In this document: positions 26,417-32,000 of the stretch, in pieces
How positions within the stretch are numbered: the stretch's first letter is position 1
Layout: every line of letters starts with the position of its first letter
NCBI RefSeq assembly: GCF_018398935.1
Contig: NZ_CP074694.1
Coordinates: 3,540,001 to 3,572,000, forward strand
Length of the DNA stretch: 32,000 nucleotides
Direction: 5' to 3'
From: Telmatocola sphagniphila
Lineage (GTDB): Bacteria; Planctomycetota; Planctomycetia; Gemmatales; Gemmataceae
Notes under the pieces: generated by a model
What the model saw: the letters and a program-made list of their open reading frames with translations, nothing else
Databases searched by the model: none
Told to the model about the DNA's origin: nothing
Made by a program: the position numbers and the translations under genes

Positions 26417-27247
26417 ATGAAGGCAAAACAAATGGATCAGACGAATCATCCTGAAAATAAGGGAGCTTCGCGAGAGAATAAGAGCCCCAAGGCTTCTCCG
26501 ATGGCGATGCTCTCGGATGTATTACACACCGACAGCGGCAATCCGGGCGGCGGTCAAGGCCGTATCGATTTCTCAGGGAGTATTCCTGGAAACGTGTATA
26601 TCGATCCTTTTTTTACCGAAGGACACTCCGGCTACGAGGAAAGCGGCCAATCCGAAATCACTCCACCTGTCGATGTAGCGGGTGACATGAAAGTAAAGGA
26701 CGCTATCTACACACGTCGTTCAGTGCGTGACTATGCAGACAAGGAAGTGAGCAAACAGACCGTAATGGTTTTACTACAAGCTGCAACTCAGGCTCCGAGT
26801 GCCGTGAATCAGCAGCCGTGGACGTTCGTGGTGATCCAGAACAGGTCGCTATTGAAATCTTATTCTGATAAGGCCAAGCAACTCTACTCAAGGGACGTGA
26901 AGCTCGATTCACTACCGGATGCCGCGAAGAAGATGATTTCCGATCCGTCGTTCGATATTTTCCATAATGCAGGGACGCTGATTGTAGTCTGTGCCAAACC
27001 GATTGGACTGCATCCCGATTGGGATTGCTGCTTCGCAGCGCAGAATCTGATGCTCATGGCTCATGCTATGGACCTAGCCACATGCCCCATCGGCTTCGCA
27101 TGGCCTTTGATGAATGAAACAAACGTTCGTCAGGAGCTACAAATTCCATCGGATTATGTTTCGGTTTTGCCGATCGTCGTTGGCTATCCCAGTAAAGCGG
27201 TCACTTCGGTGTGCAAAAAAAATGCTGAGATTTTGTGCTGGAAATGA
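26417..27247 (+). CDS. Nitroreductase-family protein (possible ~90-aa N-terminal extension)
   Basis: Motifs include IYTRRSVRDYADKEV, APSAVNQQPWTFVVI and the C-terminal PIVVGYP. An alternative start at ATG 26687 would give a canonical ~186-aa enzyme. Confidence 0.85.
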   Translation: MKAKQMDQTNHPENKGASRENKSPKASPMAMLSDVLHTDSGNPGGGQGRIDFSGSIPGNVYIDPFFTEGHSGYEESGQSEITPPVDVAGDMKVKDAIYTRRSVRDYADKEVSKQTVMVLLQAATQAPSAVNQQPWTFVVIQNRSLLKSYSDKAKQLYSRDVKLDSLPDAAKKMISDPSFDIFHNAGTLIVVCAKPIGLHPDWDCCFAAQNLMLMAHAMDLATCPIGFAWPLMNETNVRQELQIPSDYVSVLPIVVGYPSKAVTSVCKKNAEILCWK

Positions 27248-27633
27248 GTTAAGCTGAGAACACTGACCGGGATCAACGATCGAAAAAAAACTTGGTGTTG
27301 CTTGCAGCTGGTACTAACTAACCTATTCGCCAAAAACAAAAAATAAGCTTCAGAAGTACGGTCTATTCACAAGTTTGGCAATCACCCTTCCGGGACGACG
27401 ACTGACCTGCCGTTAGGCGGCATCAAGAACTCCGGCTACTGAGGCGAACTGTCCAGCCTGGGCATCCAGGTTTTCGCCAACAAGAAGCTCATGCGTCTCG
27501 ATTCAATCGACGCGTCTGCATACCCATCGCGAACAAAAATAGTGGCGGAAGGAATGTCACCGCCCTCCCCAAAGCTCTTCCCAAATTCGGTTGGCCCCAA
27601 AAATTCGCAGGAGAATACCGCAATTCAATTCGG

Positions 27634-27653
27634 CCACGACTGAGGAGTCGTGG
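27634..27653. repeat. Perfect 8-bp-stem hairpin CCACGACT-GAGG-AGTCGTGG in the 600-bp non-coding region upstream of the cas operon
   Basis: Read directly from the sequence. It is followed by A6, not a U-run, so it is not a canonical terminator on either strand. Confidence 0.5.
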
Positions 27654-27850
27654 AAAAAATGCAGTTATAATTCTGCACTACATTCCGCTCTCAACTTCAA
27701 TTTAGCCAATGCGTTATAGCAATCCAATTGCTGAAAAATTTCAACAATTAATGCAACTACCACTGGAATATTATGACCGTCAGAGTATCCTATTAACTAA
27801 CCGGATCAGAGTAATGTTCTGAGAACGGAAAGTAGTTAAGGAGAAAACCT

Positions 27851-28078
27851 ATGAACTCAGTTATTACGCAAACGTATGTACAAATGGCCAAAGCTCATGG
27901 TTGCAGCGTGGACCAGATTCTGGAAAACCCAGATTTCCGTAGCGAGTTCCTTCAATCAGCTAGGACATTGCTTGGTGAACACCTCCCTGAGCGAGAGCTC
28001 CTACACACACTCACGAACTTAAGAAGAAAATCTAAGCTGCCACGCTCTCGTGATTTAATAGCTAGGAGTGGATTGTAG
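27851..28078 (+). CDS. 75-aa protein of unknown function immediately upstream of cas3
   Basis: A strong AAGGAG sits 7 nt upstream of the ATG. The protein looks helical and has a basic tail (LTNLRRKSKLPRSRDL). It is on the same strand as cas3, 140 nt upstream of the cas3 start. Confidence 0.6.
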   Translation: MNSVITQTYVQMAKAHGCSVDQILENPDFRSEFLQSARTLLGEHLPERELLHTLTNLRRKSKLPRSRDLIARSGL

Positions 28079-28218
28079 TCGAATAGAATCCCAGATTCTT
28101 GGGTAAAAACGAAATATCGACAACCGACATTGGACTTCTTGCGATGTGAATTAAGATATCGCGAACCTCATCTGTATTTAATTTGCCTTATGCCCCGTCC
28201 TCGAAAGGAGGACCGCCT

Positions 28219-30783
28219 GTGAAATTTGAAGAGTCATTTCATGCCTTGACCGGGAACGCGCCGTTTCCCTGGCAGGTGGCCCTGTTTGATAAGTTCAAAG
28301 AGGGCGCATTTCCCGCTTCATGCAATCTGCCGACGGGGTTGGGCAAGACATCTGTCTTGGCAATCTGGTTGCTGGCATTTAAAGAGAACCCCACTCATGT
28401 TCCTCGCCGATTGGTTTATGTCGTCAACCGTCGAACGGTCGTAGATCAGACCACAAATGAAGCGGAGAAGTTAAAAGAAAACTGTTCGAAGGTCGGCATA
28501 ACCGAACTGGCTATTAGCACCCTGCGAGGCCAGTTTGCCGATAATCGCGAGTGGAGCGCAGACCCCTCCCGGCCCGCGATCATATGCGGGACAGTAGATA
28601 TGATCGGTAGCCGACTGCTCTTCAGTGGCTATGGCATTGGGTTTAAAGCGAAACCACTACATGCGGGTTTTCTCGGCCAGGATGTCCTACTGGTCCACGA
28701 CGAAGCCCACCTGGAGCCGGCGTTTCAGGAGTTGCTGATTGCGATTGAAAAAGAACAGAGGCGGTGCAATGAGTTTCAGAAGTTCCATGTCGTGGAACTG
28801 TCTGCAACCTCACGTGCCGGCGGCGAGGTGTTTGGATTGACGAAAGAAGAACTCAATGTGCCCAAGTCCATTCCTAAAGCGCCGATAGAACCTGAGCAAG
28901 AAACCCCGTTGCAAGTCGTTCACCGTCGCATGAAAGCGAAAAAAGGCATCAAATTCCATCCGTTCGCAAAGGATCAGCTTGCCAGGAAAATTGACGAGTT
29001 GATTGAAACCCAATGGAAGGATTCGGGCAAGGCGATTCTGATTTTTGTTCGTGCAGTCGCGGACGTTGAAAAAATCGAAAAATTGCTTTCAGAGCGAAAC
29101 AAAAAAGTCGAACATAAACCTGTTCAAGTTCTTACAGGGACACTGCGTGGGTTGGAACGTGATCGTCTAGCGGAAAATGATGCGATTTTCGCCCGTTTTT
29201 TGGCCAAGCCGAAGGTTACGCCACAAGTCGGGACTGTCTATTTCATCTGCACCTCGGCCGGTGAAGTTGGCGTCGATCTTTCTGCCGATCACCTGATTTC
29301 GGATTTAACTCCTCTCGATAGCATGATGCAGCGATTTGGCCGCGTAAATCGTCGGGGCTTGGGTGAAGCAAACATCGACATTTTTTATGAAGCCGAACCC
29401 GATCCGAAGAAAGAGGACGATGCATTCGAGCGTGCGCGCTGGAAAACCAAAGCGATTTTAGAAAGATTACCGGTTTGCGATTGGAGTGCCGATAGGCGCG
29501 AAGCGGCACCTATTGAATTGCGCGTTCTCAATTTGACTAAAGAAGAACGTAAGGCCGCTTTCACACCAGAGCCTACGATTCTCCCGGTTACCGACATATT
29601 ATTCGATGCCTGGTCGCTAACGACCATCAAAGAAAAGATGCCAGGCCGTCCACCAGTTGAACCGTATCTTCATGGATTACCTACGGAATGGCAACCTCCT
29701 GAGGCTCATGTTGCTTGGAGAATAGAGGTTGGGGAGATCACTGGGAAAATGCTCGAGGAATATGCACCGGCTGACCTGCTAGAAGATTATCCACTAAAGC
29801 CTCACGAATTGCTCAAAGATAACGCTAGCCGCATTTTTGAGCGGTTGAAGAGACTTAAAGTTGATGCCACTACACCTGTTTGGATTCTCTCTGAAGATGA
29901 TTCTGTTAAACCGCTAACTCTCGGCGATTTGATAAAAGGTGACAAGGAATATTTAAATTACAAGACAATTTTACTTCCACCTTCGGCGGGGGGATTCGCA
30001 AGCGGAATGCTGGCCAGCGAATCCACAACTGCTAACGATGTTGCAGACGAGTGCTACGACGTGAAAAACCTGCAAATTCGAAAACGAATTTTCAATGAGA
30101 AGGAAGCGCCGGAGGAAATGAAGCTGGAACGCGAAATCGTTTTCAGAGAGGGCGAAGACAAAGATGGAGAACCAATAAAAATCTGGTACTGGTATGTCCG
30201 ACCACAATCTACGGATTCTCCAAATGCCAGGGCAACGAAAGAGTATTTCCTTCAACCGCATTTGGATGATGCGAAACAAGCTGCTGAGCAATTTGTAGAT
30301 AACCTTAAAATGCCCGAACCATTGCGAACTGCAGTTGTAGTTGCAGCGCAATTTCACGACATAGGCAAACGAAGGAAAGTCTGGCAGAACAGTCTCGGCA
30401 ATATCGGTTACCCGAAATTCGAGTGGGCCAAATCGGGTAGGAAAATGGCTGCCCTCGAATTAAATCGTTACCGTCACGAATTTGGCTCCGTTCTCGACGT
30501 AACATCCCACTTTGAGTTCCAAAAACTTGATGAAGCCATCAAGGAACTTGTTTTTCACCTCATTGCAGCCCACCACGGTCGCGCCCGTCCGCACTTCCCG
30601 GTCGATGAGGCTTTTGATCCAGAACCGAAGGGAAGAAACGTGGAGGTAGTTATTAAAGAAGTTCCAAGGCGATTCGCTCGACTTCAACGCAAGTACGGTC
30701 GCTGGGGTTTGGCTTTTCTGGAATCGCTTGTACGCGCAGCTGATATCCAAGCTTCAAAGAAAGCGGAAGGGAATGACAAATGA
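28219..30783 (+). CDS. cas3: Type I-G (I-U) CRISPR-associated helicase/nuclease Cas3 with C-terminal HD domain
   Basis: Helicase motif I is NLPTGLGKTS and motif II is LVHDEAHL, with a later SAT-like ELSATS. The HD domain lies at the C-terminus (LQPHL...AAQFHDIGKRRKVWQ...HLIAAHHGRARPHFP). I prefer the GTG at 28219, which has an AGGAGG 7 nt upstream. The track starts at TTG 28183. Confidence 0.92.
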   Translation: MKFEESFHALTGNAPFPWQVALFDKFKEGAFPASCNLPTGLGKTSVLAIWLLAFKENPTHVPRRLVYVVNRRTVVDQTTNEAEKLKENCSKVGITELAISTLRGQFADNREWSADPSRPAIICGTVDMIGSRLLFSGYGIGFKAKPLHAGFLGQDVLLVHDEAHLEPAFQELLIAIEKEQRRCNEFQKFHVVELSATSRAGGEVFGLTKEELNVPKSIPKAPIEPEQETPLQVVHRRMKAKKGIKFHPFAKDQLARKIDELIETQWKDSGKAILIFVRAVADVEKIEKLLSERNKKVEHKPVQVLTGTLRGLERDRLAENDAIFARFLAKPKVTPQVGTVYFICTSAGEVGVDLSADHLISDLTPLDSMMQRFGRVNRRGLGEANIDIFYEAEPDPKKEDDAFERARWKTKAILERLPVCDWSADRREAAPIELRVLNLTKEERKAAFTPEPTILPVTDILFDAWSLTTIKEKMPGRPPVEPYLHGLPTEWQPPEAHVAWRIEVGEITGKMLEEYAPADLLEDYPLKPHELLKDNASRIFERLKRLKVDATTPVWILSEDDSVKPLTLGDLIKGDKEYLNYKTILLPPSAGGFASGMLASESTTANDVADECYDVKNLQIRKRIFNEKEAPEEMKLEREIVFREGEDKDGEPIKIWYWYVRPQSTDSPNARATKEYFLQPHLDDAKQAAEQFVDNLKMPEPLRTAVVVAAQFHDIGKRRKVWQNSLGNIGYPKFEWAKSGRKMAALELNRYRHEFGSVLDVTSHFEFQKLDEAIKELVFHLIAAHHGRARPHFPVDEAFDPEPKGRNVEVVIKEVPRRFARLQRKYGRWGLAFLESLVRAADIQASKKAEGNDK

Positions 30784-31592
30784 CAAATCCCGAAGCGAGT
30801 ATTCGTGTAAAAGTTGATCCGACAAACCCCGGTCAATTTTTCGCATGCTGTGGCTTACTGGAACTAGCAGATCGGTTATGGCCGGGGGCCGAGGGGTGGT
30901 TTGAGGAAGCTGAGTTCCGCATGGATTGTGCAAAAGGGAAACTTGAAATTCTGTTACAGGAAATCTGCAACGCGGAATTGACACAGCTAGATACAAGCGA
31001 CGATACGGGTTCAGCAATAGAGTTAGGAGCGCCATTCCGTCCTTTAGTCCTGGATTGGTGGCATGATGAACTGTTTGGCTCACGAAACAAACTTAATGGT
31101 AAAGAGCTAAAAGTTTGGGCGGGAACCATGGAAAGCGTCCGAATTGCCAAAGCGATGCAACTTGCAATGTCCGATAACACCTTACACACTTCAGAGTTGT
31201 TCAATGCTGGGCTGATCGCGCGGGATCCTGACGATCTCAAGAAGAAAGTCGAACCGTATTACTTTGATTCTCGTCGAGGACCAAATGCCCATTCACGAGA
31301 TTTAGGATTCTCTCCGAACGATCTCGGATTGACGACAACTGCATTTCCGTTTGTCGAGTTTCTTTGTCTGATCGGTCTCCAGAGAACCCGAGCAAGACCG
31401 ACTGATCAGCCCCGAATCTTCGATTACTTCACGTGGCCAATTGCGATAACAGCGAATCTGCTACTTCCCGCAGCGACGGGAAATCTTGAGTTGAGTGGTC
31501 AGATGGGCTATCGCTTTGAAAACTGGTATCGCACAAGTCAGAGAAAGCACAAGGCTTTTCTTCCCTCTGTTCCTCATTCTTTAGAAAGGTGA
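30780..31592 (+). CDS. CRISPR-associated protein of the type I-G/I-U (Dpsyc) module, Csb3-like
   Basis: Its start overlaps the cas3 stop (ATGA). The N-terminal motif IRVKVDPTNPGQFFACCGLLELADRLW matches my recollection of the Csb3 family. It lies between cas3 and csb1. The family name could not be verified here. Confidence 0.7.
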   Translation: MTNPEASIRVKVDPTNPGQFFACCGLLELADRLWPGAEGWFEEAEFRMDCAKGKLEILLQEICNAELTQLDTSDDTGSAIELGAPFRPLVLDWWHDELFGSRNKLNGKELKVWAGTMESVRIAKAMQLAMSDNTLHTSELFNAGLIARDPDDLKKKVEPYYFDSRRGPNAHSRDLGFSPNDLGLTTTAFPFVEFLCLIGLQRTRARPTDQPRIFDYFTWPIAITANLLLPAATGNLELSGQMGYRFENWYRTSQRKHKAFLPSVPHSLER

Positions 31593-31595
31593 CCG

Positions 31596-32000
31596 ATGAG
31601 TAATTTGAAAAGATTTGATGAATTCCTGAAGCAAGATGGCCCGGTGGCCCTCGTGCTTCGCCAACATTTAATGCCTGTCGAAGGGCAAGATGGCGTTGTT
31701 TTCCCAGCAACTTATGCCGCTGGGGGGAACTTCCCTGGCGGATACAACATCGACTCATTTGAAAACAAGACAAATGTTGCCTTGATTGACAGCATCGGCT
31801 CGCAAGCCAATCGAATCGAACCAATCTTTGCGGAAGAAGACTACAAGCATCTCATTCCTCAAATTTCGGTAACAGTTGGCGTAAAACAAATAAGTATTTT
31901 GGAGGCTGGGCATCGTGCGGGTGATGCCATCGTTCGTTGTTCATCACTTGCTCCAACGCTTCAAGATGCCTTCAAGGCAGTGCTTTCTGGTTCTGCCGAA
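31596..32000 (+). CDS. csb1: Type I-G/I-U Cas7 (Csb1, GSU0053 family), N-terminal 135 aa; continues beyond window
   Basis: GVVFPATYAAGG...YNID and ALIDSIGSQANRIEPIF match the Csb1 signatures VFPPTY and DSVQSQANRME. The ATG lies 3 nt after the upstream stop. Confidence 0.85.
   Translation, partial: MSNLKRFDEFLKQDGPVALVLRQHLMPVEGQDGVVFPATYAAGGNFPGGYNIDSFENKTNVALIDSIGSQANRIEPIFAEEDYKHLIPQISVTVGVKQISILEAGHRAGDAIVRCSSLAPTLQDAFKAVLSGSAE

Noticed and set aside
27248-27850. Possible CRISPR array or leader upstream of cas3
   Set aside because: There are no regularly spaced direct repeats of 25-40 nt. The hairpin at 27634-27653 occurs only once in the window.
30773-30786. Tandem ATGACAA-ATGACAA at the cas3/next-gene junction as a slippery or programmed frameshift site
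   Set aside because: An ordinary ATGA stop-start overlap explains it. The first ATG is out of frame with both genes.

Overview
This 32-kb window is about 50% GC. The protein families present (TolC/HlyD with low-complexity tails, a SEC-C tail, DUF2934, bifunctional Tal-Pgi, type I-G cas) suggest a Planctomycetota-like genome, but that is inference only. The layout has four parts. (1) 1-2.9 kb holds the end of an efflux operon (TolC-like OMP, HlyD-like adaptor). (2) tRNA-Ser(GCU) at 3015-3101 is followed by a degraded integration hotspot. It contains a tyrosine-recombinase fragment, a frameshifted and 3'-truncated ISL3 element, and a compact ~1.75-kb single-ORF unit. That unit encodes a 515-aa protein I cannot assign, and it abuts a 3'-truncated dodecin gene. 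(3) 6-27 kb is a stress/dormancy-type accessory region. Its intact genes are a Zn-ADH with a Tat-like signal, an orphan response regulator, a type III P-type ATPase, GlgP, GlgX, a HAD hydrolase, a CAP-domain protein, Hsp20, a nitroreductase and two DUF2934 proteins. Interspersed is an unusually high density of gene remnants. These are dodecin, a BON protein, a class I FBA C-terminal fragment fused in frame to a membrane ORF, and an M90/MtfA-like protein. They also include acetate kinase, Tal-Pgi with a large internal deletion, a YflT-like stub, and a Gly/Tyr-rich ORF with an in-frame TAG. (4) 27.85-32 kb begins a type I-G (formerly I-U) CRISPR-Cas operon: a small unknown ORF, Cas3 with a C-terminal HD domain, a 270-aa Csb3-like gene, and Csb1/Cas7 cut by the window edge. 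I saw no CRISPR array and no rRNA. All family calls come from motif recognition by eye; no searches were run. Several frameshifts lie in homopolymer runs, so some may be sequencing artefacts.
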